NCBI GenBank assembly: GCA_946628065.1
Contig: CAMOWC010000002.1
Location: 68,119 to 132,118 of the forward strand
Length of the DNA stretch: 64,000 bases
Direction of reading: 5' to 3'
Origin: an uncultured Clostridiaceae bacterium
GTDB taxonomy: Bacteria > Bacillota > Clostridia > TANB77 > CAG-508
The notes under the pieces are model-generated. The model was not told the origin of the DNA, did not search any database, and saw nothing but the letters and a program-made list of their open reading frames with translations. Positions within the stretch are counted from its first letter, which is position 1; each line of letters begins with the position of its first letter. A program made the position numbers and the translations under genes. Positions 22,993 through 34,549 of this stretch are shown here, piece after piece.

Positions 22993-24661
22993 ATGGCATT
23001 TGATGGAATAGTTTTAAATGCCGTTGTATGCGAGCTTCGTGCTAAGCTTTTAAACGGTAAACTTAATAAAATATTTGAGCCTACAAAAAATGAAATAATA
23101 CTAGGCTTTTATTCTTCTGGAGAAAATTTAGCTCTTCTTGTAAATGTTAATCCAGAATATGCCCGTTTTCATTGTACAACTTATTCTAAGCCTAATCCTA
23201 TTCAAGCTCCAAACTTTTGCATGCTACTGAGAAAGCATCTTATGGGAGCAAAGCTCATTCAAATTAATACTTTTGGTCTAGAACGAGTAATTGAGCTGTG
23301 CTTTGAAACATATAATGACTTAAATGATAAAGTTATAAAAAAGCTTGTTGTTCAAATCATGTCAGGCTATAGCAATATTATTCTCGTAAATAGTAATAAC
23401 ATGATAATAGACAGTTTAAAGCATGTTAGTAATGGTATAACTGAAATATTGCCTGCAAGAGAATATGAACTGCCTAAATCTTCAAAGCGTTCTTTTGCCG
23501 AATTAAAAAATTACAATGAATTTGAGGGAGTCGTTTTAAATTCAGATGACCCTATAGATAAGATTTTATCAGAGAATTTTATAGGTATTAGTCGCAAATT
23601 TATTCAATGTATTGTAAAAGAAAATTCACTTTCATTACACCCTACCGGCTCTGAATTAGAAATAATTTATAATAGAATTAAATACACATTAGAACACATA
23701 TCTGATATTATTCTTAAAGATGAAGATGATGATTATTCTATTTCTATAGGCACTAATAAAAGTTCATTAAGTGTTAATTATTTCTTGGATGATTATTACA
23801 TGAAAAAAGAGAATATTACCTCTTTTAAGCACTTAAGAAATCATCTACTTAGTCTTATTTCTGTGCAACTAAAAAAATATTTAAAAAGGCTTGAAAATAT
23901 TAACTCTAAGCTTAATGAATGTTCTGATATGGAAAAGTATAGAATATATGGGGAGCTAATTACTTCAAATCTTTATAAATATAATTCAAATGAAAATATG
24001 TCAGAAGTAACATTAGAAAATTATTATGATGAGCAAAAAGAAATTACTATTCCATTAGATAAAAAGTATTCTATAAGCAAAAATGCAGAAAGATTTTTTA
24101 AAAAATATAACAAACTTAAAAACACTTTGCAAATAGTTTCGCTCCAAAAAAAAGAAACTGAAATAGAACTAGAATATATACAAAGTATTTTGTTTTCCAT
24201 TGAAAATAGTACTGAAATTTCTGAGTTGCAAGATATAAATGATGAAATTGAGGAATCAAAAATTATAGGCAAACCTAATATAATGCCTTATAAGAAGAAA
24301 CATGAGCCAAATAGAAGAAGTACTCCTATCGAACTAAATATTAACAATTTTACAGTTTTAGTAGGTAAAAATAATAAGCAAAATGATTTACTTACTTTAA
24401 AAATAGCTAATAAGCAAGACTTATGGTTCCACGTTCAGAAAATTCAAGGAAGTCACGTTGTTTTGAAAACTGAAGGTAAAGTTGTTCCTGATGAGGTAAT
24501 ACTAAAATGCGCTCAAATTGCTATGCAAAATAGTAAAGCTAAAGATTCAACTAATGTTCCAGTTGATTATTGCATTGTTAAGAATGTAAAAAAGCCTTCA
24601 GGTGCTAAACCTCGGAATGGTAGTCTATACAGATTATAAAACAATTATTGTCGGGCGATAA
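22993..24661 (+). CDS. rqcH: Rqc2/RqcH (FbpA, NFACT) protein (+1 shift at CGGA 24613-24616)
   Basis: MAFDG, FCMLLRKHL, GKNNKQND, WFHVQKIQGSHV; conserved end KKPSGAKP-GMVVYTDYKTI only in the +1 frame. Confidence 0.9.
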
Positions 24662-24664
24662 AAA

Positions 24665-24740
24665 AGAACTTTTGGGGACGTTGATGAAAAGATTCAGAAG
24701 CTCACTTCTGAATCTTTTCATCAACGTCCCCAAAAGTTCT
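24665..24740. repeat. perfect 36-bp inverted repeat (REP-like) between convergent genes
   Basis: AGAACTTTTGGGGACGTTGATGAAAAGATTCAGAAG-ctca-exact reverse complement. Confidence 0.85.
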
Positions 24741-24769
24741 AACAAAAAAAGGGCTTGTCACCCTTCTTT

Positions 24770-25300
24770 TTACATATCTTCGTCGTCTTCATCTTGGCAA
24801 CCACAATCGCAATCCTCATCACATTCGTCTTCGCAGTTGTCATCGCAGTCATGGTGGCAATGTTCGCATCCGCCCCCACAATATCCATCTTCTTCTAGTC
24901 CGTCCCAGTCTAATTCTATTAGATTTTCGCACTCCGGACATTTAACTTCTTTTTTATTTTCATCAACTTCAGTCTCAAAAGAATAATTACAATATGGACA
25001 TGTTATTTCAAACTCAAAAATTTCGTTTTCGTCAAATTCATCTTCATCATATATGTCTTTCATTATCTCGCTAATATCTTTACGCATCTTTTTTATGCTT
25101 TCTTCCATTTCCTGTTGTTTTTGTGCTAGTGCATTTGTTCTATCTTCGTTTTTGTCAGAAACATTTTGTAATTCGTCTACAAAAAGCATACAAAGCTCAT
25201 TCATTTTGGTCTTTGCATATTCTAAATCTTCAGCATCTTTCATGTTTGCATCCATATCGTTTAATATTCTGCGATATTCATCATTAATATTTGAATTCAT
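24770..25300 (-). CDS. CD1247-like protein with zinc ribbon and Cys/Asp-rich tail
   Basis: coiled coil, CPYC...CPEC, acidic Cys-rich C-terminus; downstream of efp as in other Clostridia. Confidence 0.7.
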   Translation of the reverse strand: MNSNINDEYRRILNDMDANMKDAEDLEYAKTKMNELCMLFVDELQNVSDKNEDRTNALAQKQQEMEESIKKMRKDISEIMKDIYDEDEFDENEIFEFEITCPYCNYSFETEVDENKKEVKCPECENLIELDWDGLEEDGYCGGGCEHCHHDCDDNCEDECDEDCDCGCQDEDDEDM

Positions 25301-25312
25301 AAATTTTCCTTC

Positions 25313-25879
25313 CTAAATTCTTTCCATATATTCGCCTGTTCTTGTGTCAATACGAATAGTATCTCCAATATTTACGAACAATGGAACATTTATTACTGTA
25401 CCGTTTTCTAATGTAGCTGGTTTGTTTGCACTTGTTGATGTGTTTCCGCTAAATCCAGGCTCTGTATATGTTACTTCTAACTCAACAAAAATTGGAGGTT
25501 CTATGGCAAAAACTTTGCCTTTAAAAGATAATACTTTGCAAGACATGTTTTCTTTTATAAATTTTAATGCATCTCCTAGCTCTTCCTTGTTAAGAGGTAA
25601 CTGTTCATATGTATTGTTGTCCATAAAGTAGTATAGCTCTCCATCATTGTACAAATATTGCATATCTCTTTTTTCAATTTCTGCACCCTGTAATTTTTCG
25701 GATGGATTAAAAGTTTTTTCTAAAACAGATCCATTAATAACATTTTTAAGCTTTGTTCTAACAAATGCTGCTCCTTTCCCCGGTTTTACATGTTGGAATT
25801 CAACAACTTTATATACTGAACCATCCATTTCAAATGTAGTTCCATTTCTTATATCTCCTGCCATATATACTTCTGCCAT
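25313..25879 (-). CDS. efp: elongation factor P
   Basis: [32 protein letters not shown]. Confidence 0.96.
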   Translation of the reverse strand: MAEVYMAGDIRNGTTFEMDGSVYKVVEFQHVKPGKGAAFVRTKLKNVINGSVLEKTFNPSEKLQGAEIEKRDMQYLYNDGELYYFMDNNTYEQLPLNKEELGDALKFIKENMSCKVLSFKGKVFAIEPPIFVELEVTYTEPGFSGNTSTSANKPATLENGTVINVPLFVNIGDTIRIDTRTGEYMERI

Positions 25880-26006
25880 GTTTATTTCCCCTTTCTATAT
25901 TTGTTTGACTTTATTATTTTACTACACTTATCGCTTAAAATCAAGCCTTGCTTTTCATTTTTATTGATTTTTAGCCATTATAAGCATTACTATAAAAATT
26001 ATTTTT

Positions 26007-27078
26007 TTATTTGCTTTTTATTACTGTATAATTTTTCTCAGAATTAGTTAAACTTAAACTGCCATTTTTCGTTATCAATACAGTGTCTTCTATCCTTACT
26101 CCAAATTTTCCCGGTAAATAAATACCTGGTTCATCTGTAATTACCATATTCTCTTTTAATGTGTGCTGTGATCTTGAGCTAATTACTGGTGTTTCGTGAA
26201 TATCTAGCCCAACCCCATGTCCTAATGCATGTATGAGCATATATTTATTAAATTCAAAATTGTTTTCCACTAGTTTTCCTATTATTTTTGTGTTCCCTCC
26301 ATCTACATATTCATTTAATGTAGAAAGCTGATTTTTTAGAACTAAGTCATACACATTTTTTACTTCTTCTGGTACATAGTCAATAAAAATAGTCCTTGTC
26401 ATATCTGAGCAGTACCCGTCATATTTACAGCCCATGTCTATAATAATAGTATCTCCTGTTTCTATTTTTTTATTTGTAGGAGTTGCATGTGGCATCGATG
26501 AATTAACTCCAGAAGCTACAATTGGATCAAAAGAAACATCTTCTGCTCCATGTGTTTTAAAAAAATATTCAATCTCAGATGCTACTTGTTTTTCTGTCAT
26601 TCCTATTTTTATAAAATCTTTTAAATGCTTAAAGCAATCATCTGTTAGTTTGCAGGCTTGTTTTATTTTACTTATTTCATCCTCGTCTTTTATTGTTCTC
26701 TGTTGTTCGATTAGATTTTCAGTTTCTTGCATATTTTCGATTTTATATCTACGTAAGTATTCTTTATACTTTGCATATGTTACGTAATTTTCTTCAAATC
26801 CAACTGCATTGCAAAACAGAAAGAAATTTTCAAAGTCTTCGTCTCTAATGCTTCTAATATCATAAACTATAATTCCATCGTCTATAGTTAAGGTACGATT
26901 CACAGCCTCTATATATCGTCCATCTGTTATATATACGTTTTCTTTTCTAGTTATTAGTAAAGTTCCTTCAGCGTTTATTCCTGTTAAATATCTGATATTT
27001 ACAGGATTAGAAACAATCATCCCGTCAATTCCTAGTCCGCTTGAATTTGTTTCTTAAAACCTCAATTTTATGATTCAT
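26007..27078 (-). CDS. Xaa-Pro aminopeptidase M24 (+1 shift at CGGA 27039-27036)
   Basis: MNHKIEVLRNKFK|GLGIDGMIVSNPVNIRYLTG; DMTRT, HALGHGVGLDIHE, EPGIY, GVRIED. Confidence 0.9.
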
Positions 27079-27081
27079 ATT

Positions 27082-27835
27082 CTACCCCCTATATAACCCT
27101 AGTGTAAAAACAGTTAGAAGAATATGTAGTAATAGTTCAAAAGGTACAAACATAACTACAAAAGCTGCTAAAACTATAAAAGGTCCAAATGGTATGTATT
27201 CGTTTGTTTTTTTAATTTTTGATACTATTAATATTATGCTTATAATAGCTCCTAATAAAAATGCAATTACTGATACAGCAATTATGTTTGTCCATCCAAA
27301 AAATAGGCCCATTGCTCCCATTAATTTAACATCTCCAAAGCCCATTGCTTCTTTGCCTGCAATTAATCCGCCCAAGTAGTGTAATTAATAAGAAAATTCC
27401 TCCTCCTACTAGGCATCCAAGTAACATATTAATTGCTACATTATAGTTAATAAATATTCCTGATAAAAATGCAAATACAAGCCCTATTTCAAAAATAGTT
27501 AGGTTTAGCCTATTTGGTATAATTTGAAGCTTATAGTCAATTACAAGCGCTGATATAAGCATAGGTGCAAGTAGCAAAAATTTAAATAAGTTTATATTTC
27601 TTTCAAAAGAATATTCGAATCCAAAAGTGTATAGTATTCCTACAAATACTAATGCTGTTACTATAATTAGCATTGGATTTATTTTAATATTTTTTCTTTC
27701 AGAAAAAAAGTCCATACTAAAAACGCTTTTTTCTTCTGATAGTCTTTCATTTGCCCAATTTAGAAAGTATCCAACTAAAGCTCCAATAAAAGCAATTAAA
27801 ACATATCCCATGATGTGTACGTCGTTTATATACAT
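27082..27835 (-). CDS. A24 prepilin peptidase (+1 shift at CGGA 27370-27367)
   Basis: IDYKLQIIPN in frame 0; GKEAMGFGDVKL and IPFGPF in the +1 frame; about 250 aa joined. Confidence 0.88.
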
Positions 27836-28333
27836 TATTTCTTCAACCTTCTTTCATATTTTTTTAGTATATATTTTTCAAATGGTCTCTTAATTATTGT
27901 AAGCCATATATCTTTTTCGTCTAATGGTTTTACTAATATTGAAAACATGTGGCATCTATTTGCACCTACTACATCTGTAAAAACCTGGTCACCTATTGCA
28001 GCAATATTCTCAGGCTTTTCATTAAGGATTTTTATTGCTTTTTTAAACCCGTTTTTAAAAGGTTTCATTGCAAAAAGAATATAATCCATTTCTAATTCTT
28101 TTGATACTTTTTCTAGTTTTGTCTTTTTATTGCTATTTGATACAATTAAAAATTTTATTCCTTTTTCTTTTAATCCATCACACCATTTTTTAGCGCCGTT
28201 CTAAAATATTGGCATCAAAATCTATCAAGGTATTATCCATATCCAAAATAATTGCTTTAATGCTGTTTTTATCTAGGAACTCATATGGTATATCTTTTAT
28301 TGTATCAACATATAATTTGGGGTAAAAAAGCAT
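27835..28333 (-). CDS. YqeG family HAD phosphatase (+1 shift at CGGC 28198-28195)
   Basis: ILDMDNTL then |GAKKWCDGLKEKGIKFLIVSNS...AMKP...IGDQVFTDVVGANR; about 165 aa. Confidence 0.88.
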
Positions 28334-28458
28334 ATGTACTTCCTCCGCTTCTTTTATGCATAATAATATTATCAATACAACGCTATTTTGTCAATTTATT
28401 TGCAAATATTTTTCTTTTCTGGTATACTCTTTTCGGATGAAGGAGTGTATATATACAA

Positions 28459-29754
28459 ATGAATTTGGAAGAGAAAAGAAACTTTAATATAAAAATATAT
28501 CCAATTTATAAAATGTTTGCTTGGGATTTGCTCTTTTACTATGCAATCTCATTTTTATTTTTGACAGAAGTAAAAGGTTTTTCTAGTGCAGATGTAGTTT
28601 TATTAGATGTTTCTATATATACTTTATTTAAAAGCCTCTCCCAGCTTCCTTCAACAATAATAACAGATAAACTTGGTAAAAGATTTAGCTTAATAGTTGG
28701 AAATATATTTATTTGTTTCTCTATTTTATTTATAATGCTATGCCCTAACTTAATAGTTTTAGCTCTTGCAGAATTTTGCATGGCTTTCGGCTTTGCAATT
28801 AAATCAATTGCTGAACCAAATATTTTATACGACTCTATAGAAGAAGGAGAAAAAAGAGGAAAAATTTTTAGCATATTAGATGGCAGAGGTTCATCTCTTT
28901 ATTACTATTTAAATGCCATTTCTCTTTTGTCAACTGGTTTCTTATATGTTGTTAACCCATATTTGCCTGTTTTGCTGTGTTTCATATTCAGCATATTTGC
29001 TACAATTATATCTTTGAGTTTTTATTCGCTTCGTACTAATAATAATCCTAAAAAGGAAGTTGTTCCGAAGGCTACAGATAGGATTGCTGAATATGCAAAA
29101 GAGCTTCGTTACGTTTTTAGGCAAATATTTAAATCCAGCAGGCTAAGGTACCTAATTCTATTCTATGGTTTGTTTCAAAGTTTGATAGCAGTAACAACAA
29201 CTTTAGATAGAAGTTTGCTAACTGATCTGCATGTTCCAGCACAATATTTTGGTATAATATATGCTCTTCTTTCAGTACTTTCTGGAATATTTTCAAGGTC
29301 ACAAGGTGTTATCCATAAAAAATTTAGGAATAAAGTCTTAACACTGTTTTCTGTGCTATTTATAGGGTCTTGTATTATATCTGGATTATTTGCTATAGTT
29401 TGGGTTCCTCTTGCCATTCCAATGCTATTAGTTCTGTTTTCTTTAGGAGTTAGATCATCAATAAAAGGACCTTTTTACACACTATATAAACAATATTTAG
29501 GAAATTTTGCATCTTCTAATGTTAGACCTAAAATATATTCTGTCACATATTTATTTGAAAACTTATGTGGAGCTATTATAGCATTTGGAGTCTCAAGGCT
29601 ACTTGATGTAACATCAACTGCAATTGTATTTATAATTCTTGGAACAATTTATACTTTCGTATTTATAGTGTTGCTTTATAGAATGAAAACGCGCGTTGGG
29701 CTTAAACCTGAACAATATAGAAAAGAAGATATTAACTTAGTAGAATTAAAATAA
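28459..29754 (+). CDS. MFS transporter
   Basis: about 12 TM segments, TDKLGKRFS motif A. Confidence 0.82.
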   Translation: MNLEEKRNFNIKIYPIYKMFAWDLLFYYAISFLFLTEVKGFSSADVVLLDVSIYTLFKSLSQLPSTIITDKLGKRFSLIVGNIFICFSILFIMLCPNLIVLALAEFCMAFGFAIKSIAEPNILYDSIEEGEKRGKIFSILDGRGSSLYYYLNAISLLSTGFLYVVNPYLPVLLCFIFSIFATIISLSFYSLRTNNNPKKEVVPKATDRIAEYAKELRYVFRQIFKSSRLRYLILFYGLFQSLIAVTTTLDRSLLTDLHVPAQYFGIIYALLSVLSGIFSRSQGVIHKKFRNKVLTLFSVLFIGSCIISGLFAIVWVPLAIPMLLVLFSLGVRSSIKGPFYTLYKQYLGNFASSNVRPKIYSVTYLFENLCGAIIAFGVSRLLDVTSTAIVFIILGTIYTFVFIVLLYRMKTRVGLKPEQYRKEDINLVELK

Positions 29755-29786
29755 AAGCAAATAGAAAATTTCTATTTGCTTTTATT
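29751..29786. terminator. bidirectional terminator
   Basis: ATAAAAGCAAATAGAAA-a-TTTCTATTTGCTTTTAT between convergent MFS and tmk. Confidence 0.7.
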
Positions 29787-30461
29787 TTAAATATGTTTTT
29801 TTATTTCTCTAAATATTTCTTCATGTATATCTTCTATTGTTCTTATGTTACCATCCTTCACACATTTTATCTCATACCAATTGTATTTGTCTACTAAGCT
29901 ACAAGCTGCATTATAGCTATCAATTATATGGTTTTTGTCTCTTTCATGTATGTCTTTTTTTGATTCATGTGTTATCTTATTTTCTCTATTCTCCATAAGT
30001 TTTAAAGCATATTCTGGTGGCATATTTAGAAAAAAAGTTTCAGTTGGCTGTGGAATTCCGAATATATTATATTCTAAATCACAAAGCCAATTTAAGAATT
30101 TCTCTCTTTCCTCTTTATCATTTATTTTTCCTGCTTGGTGTACCATATTGGCAGTTGTATATCTGTCGGCTAATACTAATCCTCCATTTTTATAGAATTC
30201 CTCAAATTCTTGCTTGTATGATGCATATCTATCTACTGCATAGAATATAGAAGCAATATATGCACTTACGTCTTTTGCATTTTGTCCAAATTCCCCAGCT
30301 AAGTACATCTTTACAAGGCTTGATGAAGGATTATCATACCTAGGAAATGATAGCTTTTTATATAGTATATTCTCTTTTTCTAATCTTTCTGTTAATTTAT
30401 TAAATTGCGTTTGTTTACCACTACCATCTGTTCCATCTATTACAAATAATTTGCCTCTCAT
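29787..30461 (-). CDS. tmk: thymidylate kinase
   Basis: DGTDGSGKQTQ, SFPRY, ADRYTTAN. Confidence 0.85.
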   Translation of the reverse strand: MRGKLFVIDGTDGSGKQTQFNKLTERLEKENILYKKLSFPRYDNPSSSLVKMYLAGEFGQNAKDVSAYIASIFYAVDRYASYKQEFEEFYKNGGLVLADRYTTANMVHQAGKINDKEEREKFLNWLCDLEYNIFGIPQPTETFFLNMPPEYALKLMENRENKITHESKKDIHERDKNHIIDSYNAACSLVDKYNWYEIKCVKDGNIRTIEDIHEEIFREIKKHI

Positions 30462-30479
30462 ATTTCCCCCTAAAAAAAT

Positions 30480-30564
30480 ATTCATTATTCACTATTCACT
30501 ATTTGTTAACAATAAAAAGCAATGTTAATAAATAATGAAAAATGAATAATGAATAGTGAATAAT
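30480..30564. repeat. inverted array of 7-nt repeats
   Basis: ATTCATT ATTCACT ATTCACT facing AATGAAT AATGAAT AGTGAAT. Confidence 0.6.
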
Positions 30565-30583
30565 CGGTAATTGTTTTATTAGT

Positions 30584-30922
30584 TTATGCTTTTCCCCAGA
30601 ACCAGTCCATACCTGAATTGTAGCTTTTCTTTTTTCCTGTTCTACTTTCTAATTCGTCTACCCATAAATATGATAAGAAAGATAATAAAATCATTACAAA
30701 GTCAATTGTTAAGCAACTAGTTAATACTGATTTTGTTTCTTCTAAATCTGGTGCAAGTGTCATAATTTGTATTACATGCCAAATTAATAATACTAAATAT
30801 GTTAGTAATGATGCAGCAGTAATATACCCTTTTTTAGTTTCCTTTCCTAAGAATATTAATATTAATGTAATTGCAAGCATTAATATTAAAGTAATTGGGT
30901 TTGCAATGTTGAAAATAAACAT
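30584..30922 (-). CDS. small hypothetical membrane protein (3 TM)
   Basis: 112 aa, GGAGG RBS. Confidence 0.7.
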   Translation of the reverse strand: MFIFNIANPITLILMLAITLILIFLGKETKKGYITAASLLTYLVLLIWHVIQIMTLAPDLEETKSVLTSCLTIDFVMILLSFLSYLWVDELESRTGKKKSYNSGMDWFWGKA

Positions 30923-30960
30923 CTTTTTTTCCTCCTTTGTATTTTTATATATTTTTCAAA

Positions 30961-32109
30961 TTAAAAACCACGTCTCCTAGATGCGTCGCTCCAAAGTGTT
31001 TTTTCTTCCTCTTCTTCTATCTCCTGCTCTTCTCTCTTTTTGCGTTCTTCTTCCTTTTCTTCGGCTCGTGCATCTTCTTCTGCTAATTGGCGTTTTTTTA
31101 GTTCTTCCTCAAGCTCTTCTTGTATTTTGCGCTCTTCTTCTTCTCTGTCTGTGTCTATTTCGTCTACTCCTGCTTTATTTACTTCCTGTTCTTCAATATG
31201 ATTGCCAATAGAGCGTCCATCTTGCCTTACATCAATATCTATTCTTCCGGTATTAGTTCCTCTGTAATTCTTTACTCTAATGTCGCCTGGATCAATATCA
31301 ACTGCCTCACCTGTATATATACTATTTCCTGCAGTTATGTTTATATCTCCTATTGTATCAGAGTGATCAGTTAATACGGCTCTTTCAAATTCTCCATTGG
31401 ATTTTTGATTTATAACCATCCAGTCATTTGAAACTGCACCAGTATTTTGTTTTAATTTAACAAGAAACAAATTGTCATGTTCTACGTTTTTATTAAGAAC
31501 TCTTGACATTGTAAGTTCGTCTTTAACTTCAACAACCATCAAAACAGTGCCTTCTCTTACACCTAATGCTTGAGCAATTTTTGCTTTTCTTCCTGAAGGT
31601 TCTCTGCTTCCTTCCTCTTGGGCTCTTTCTTCATCACTTTTTTCTGCTTCTTCTCTTTCTTCTAGAGGAACTTCTAGCATCTTTTTCTTTTCAATTTCTT
31701 CTCTGCTTACAAGATAAGGAGTATCTAATTCTCCATCTCTTACAAAATCTTTAAATTTTTCTTTTAGTTCTTCACTTACAATTAGTTCATTTTTTTCATT
31801 AATAGTGGCAATTAAGTGAATTTCATCATCTCTTAACTGAACAAGTAGTGTTTGTCGTTCTTTTTCTTCATCTTCAAGCTCAATTGCAATTAAGTCCTGA
31901 GCTACTATTCCGTCACTATCTTGTAGTTTGTCTGTTAATTGTATTTCACCTTTATATTTGCTTATGGAAATTGGTTCAAATCCCGCTGGCATTTCAAGAG
32001 TTTGTAGTTTTTGTCTAACATCGTAAAGTTCTTGTAATGCTTGTTCAAGGTCATTTTGAGCTTTTTGTTTTGCATTTAGATCTACTTCACCTATAGCATT
32101 TTCATCCAT
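30961..32109 (-). CDS. acidic hypothetical protein
   Basis: 382-aa ORF, Glu-rich, follows glmM. Confidence 0.7.
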   Translation of the reverse strand: MDENAIGEVDLNAKQKAQNDLEQALQELYDVRQKLQTLEMPAGFEPISISKYKGEIQLTDKLQDSDGIVAQDLIAIELEDEEKERQTLLVQLRDDEIHLIATINEKNELIVSEELKEKFKDFVRDGELDTPYLVSREEIEKKKMLEVPLEEREEAEKSDEERAQEEGSREPSGRKAKIAQALGVREGTVLMVVEVKDELTMSRVLNKNVEHDNLFLVKLKQNTGAVSNDWMVINQKSNGEFERAVLTDHSDTIGDINITAGNSIYTGEAVDIDPGDIRVKNYRGTNTGRIDIDVRQDGRSIGNHIEEQEVNKAGVDEIDTDREEEERKIQEELEEELKKRQLAEEDARAEEKEEERKKREEQEIEEEEEKTLWSDASRRRGF

Positions 32110-32128
32110 ATTACCACTTCCTTTAAAT

Positions 32129-33493
32129 TTAACTTAATTTTTTTTCAATTAATTCTGCAATTTGTTTGGCAGCTTTTGTTATTTCTTCTTGTTTTTCTCC
32201 TTCAATCATTACACGAATGACAGGTTCCGTTCCAGAAGGTCTTATTAATACTCTTCCATTTCCGGCGAAATGCTTTTCCGTTTCTTTAATTAGCTCTTGG
32301 ATGTCAGTGTCATTATCTATTTCGCTTTTTTTGCTATTATTAACTTTTGCATTTATTAAAACCTGTGGATATAATTTAATGATATCACAAAGTTTTGAAA
32401 CTGTCACCCCTTTTTCCAATAAAATTTTAATTAACATTAAAGAAGTGAGTATTCCGTCTCCAGTTGGGTTATAGTCTAAGAATATAATATGACCTGATTG
32501 TTCTCCTCCAATATTATAACCGTTCTTTAGCATTTCTTCAAGTACATATCTGTCTCCAACTTTTGTTTGTTTAAATTCAACACCATTGTTTTCAGCATAT
32601 TTACTAAGCCCTAGGTTGCTCATTACTGTTGCAACAAGCGTATCTTTGTTTAGTGTTCCCTTTTCTTTCATGTAGTTTGAACATACAGCTAATATTTTGT
32701 CTCCATCAATTTCATTTCCGTTTTCGTCAACAGCTAAGCATCTATCTCCATCACCATCATATGCAATTCCTAGGCTTAGTTTGTTTTCTACAACAAATTT
32801 CTTTAGACCTTCTAGGTGAGTAGAACCACAATTTTCATTTATGTTTACTCCATCTGGATTATTATTTATTATTTTATAATTAATTCCTAATGCTTTAAAT
32901 ACTTTTTCTGCAACTTTGTATGTAGCTCCATTTGCAACATCTAATCCTACAACGAAATCATCTCTATTGTATTTTGCTATGTCATCATCAAAGTTCTTTC
33001 TAAAGAAATATACATACTCATCTAATAAATCTTCTCTTACTTCTGATATGCCTATTTTGTCTTTAACAGCTGTAAGTTCTTCAACCTTTCCTGAATCCAT
33101 AACATCTTCTATTTCTTCTTCTATTTCATCTGGTATTTTCATTCCTTTATTACTAAAGTACTTTACGCCATTAAATTCAAATGTGTTATGAGATGCAGAT
33201 ATAACCACACTTGCATCTGCATTTAGTTTTTTAGTTAAATATGCAACTGCTGGTGTAGGTATAACCCCAAGTAGTTTTACATTTGCTCCATAACTTAAAA
33301 ATCCTGCTGTCATGGCACTTTCTATTAGAGTTCCAGAAAGACGTGTGTCTCTTCCAATTAATATAGTTGGTGCATGATCAGTATGTTTAGATAATACGTA
33401 TGCACCCGCCTTTGCTACCTTATATACAAGCTCTGGTGTTAAGTCTGTATTTGCAATTCTTCTAATTCCATCTGTTCCAAAATATTTACGCAT
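32129..33493 (-). CDS. glmM: phosphoglucosamine mutase
   Basis: YFGTDGIR, ISASHN, DGDGDR, GGEQSGH, RPSGTEP. Confidence 0.95.
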   Translation of the reverse strand: MRKYFGTDGIRRIANTDLTPELVYKVAKAGAYVLSKHTDHAPTILIGRDTRLSGTLIESAMTAGFLSYGANVKLLGVIPTPAVAYLTKKLNADASVVISASHNTFEFNGVKYFSNKGMKIPDEIEEEIEDVMDSGKVEELTAVKDKIGISEVREDLLDEYVYFFRKNFDDDIAKYNRDDFVVGLDVANGATYKVAEKVFKALGINYKIINNNPDGVNINENCGSTHLEGLKKFVVENKLSLGIAYDGDGDRCLAVDENGNEIDGDKILAVCSNYMKEKGTLNKDTLVATVMSNLGLSKYAENNGVEFKQTKVGDRYVLEEMLKNGYNIGGEQSGHIIFLDYNPTGDGILTSLMLIKILLEKGVTVSKLCDIIKLYPQVLINAKVNNSKKSEIDNDTDIQELIKETEKHFAGNGRVLIRPSGTEPVIRVMIEGEKQEEITKAAKQIAELIEKKLS

Positions 33494-34535
33494 TGTTTGC
33501 CTCCTTTATTTTTTTCTTATTATTCCATTTGCCAAGTAAGAATGGACAGAATTTATTGATTATGAACGATAATCCGCAAAGCAGTATAGTTGTTATTGTT
33601 ATTTCAATTACTAGTTTAATATTTTTGCTATATGTATAATTCTTTAATATGTCATTAATTATAGCAAAAAAGATTTTATAATGAAACATATAAAAAATCA
33701 AAGTGTTTTTTCCACAATATTCTAATATGTTACTACTCTCTATTTTGCTACTAACTATCATCAAAATCCAAATTCCTGAGATTGATTGTAACATATACAA
33801 GAAATAATTTCCAATGTGGCACGAAAACAAATCCGTGATACCATAAAGCTTATAATTTGTAAATGCACATATCACATTAATGCCTAGTAGAAATATTGCA
33901 TAGTCAAATTTTAAAATTTTATTTTTGAGCATTTCTTTATTGTTTTGTACAAGATATCCCAACATAAGAAATGAAATTGCAACTGGTGCAACATCTATGC
34001 TCCATACAAACCCTTGAATATATTGTAAAATAACATAGCCTATAGCAGAAGATAAAATAATAATTGCAACACATATTAAGTTTTTCTTTGGGTGTTTATC
34101 AATCAGTTTTACTATTAAATAAAATAATAATATTGCAGTAAATAGTGCTGATATAAACCAAAAACTATAGTAATATGGTCTGTTTAGTCTATATGCTAAT
34201 ACCATCCCAATATACTGATACAAATAATCCATATTGAAAAACTCACTAAACGATGTACCATTTGAGCAAAATTCATATATTCTTGTCAAATTAAGTACTA
34301 CAATTCCTAAAGCAAAATAAGGAATAAGTAATCCTTTTGCTTTTGACTTAAAGAAATCTTTAAATTTAGGATATTTCTTATATGAAAAGCACATTCCTGA
34401 TATAAAAAAGAACATTGGCATATGAAATGAGTATACTAATACTTTTATTGTTTGCGGTAAAAATTGGCAATGTCCTATAACCACGAGTAATATGCTTATG
34501 CCTCTTGCAACATCTAATACTTTGTCTCTTTTCAT
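33486..34535 (-). CDS. acyltransferase family 3
   Basis: DVARGISILLVVIGH, SFHMPMFFFISG. Confidence 0.88.
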   Translation of the reverse strand: MKRDKVLDVARGISILLVVIGHCQFLPQTIKVLVYSFHMPMFFFISGMCFSYKKYPKFKDFFKSKAKGLLIPYFALGIVVLNLTRIYEFCSNGTSFSEFFNMDYLYQYIGMVLAYRLNRPYYYSFWFISALFTAILLFYLIVKLIDKHPKKNLICVAIIILSSAIGYVILQYIQGFVWSIDVAPVAISFLMLGYLVQNNKEMLKNKILKFDYAIFLLGINVICAFTNYKLYGITDLFSCHIGNYFLYMLQSISGIWILMIVSSKIESSNILEYCGKNTLIFYMFHYKIFFAIINDILKNYTYSKNIKLVIEITITTILLCGLSFIINKFCPFLLGKWNNKKKIKEANNA

Positions 34536-34549
34536 TCTTACTCCTTTAG

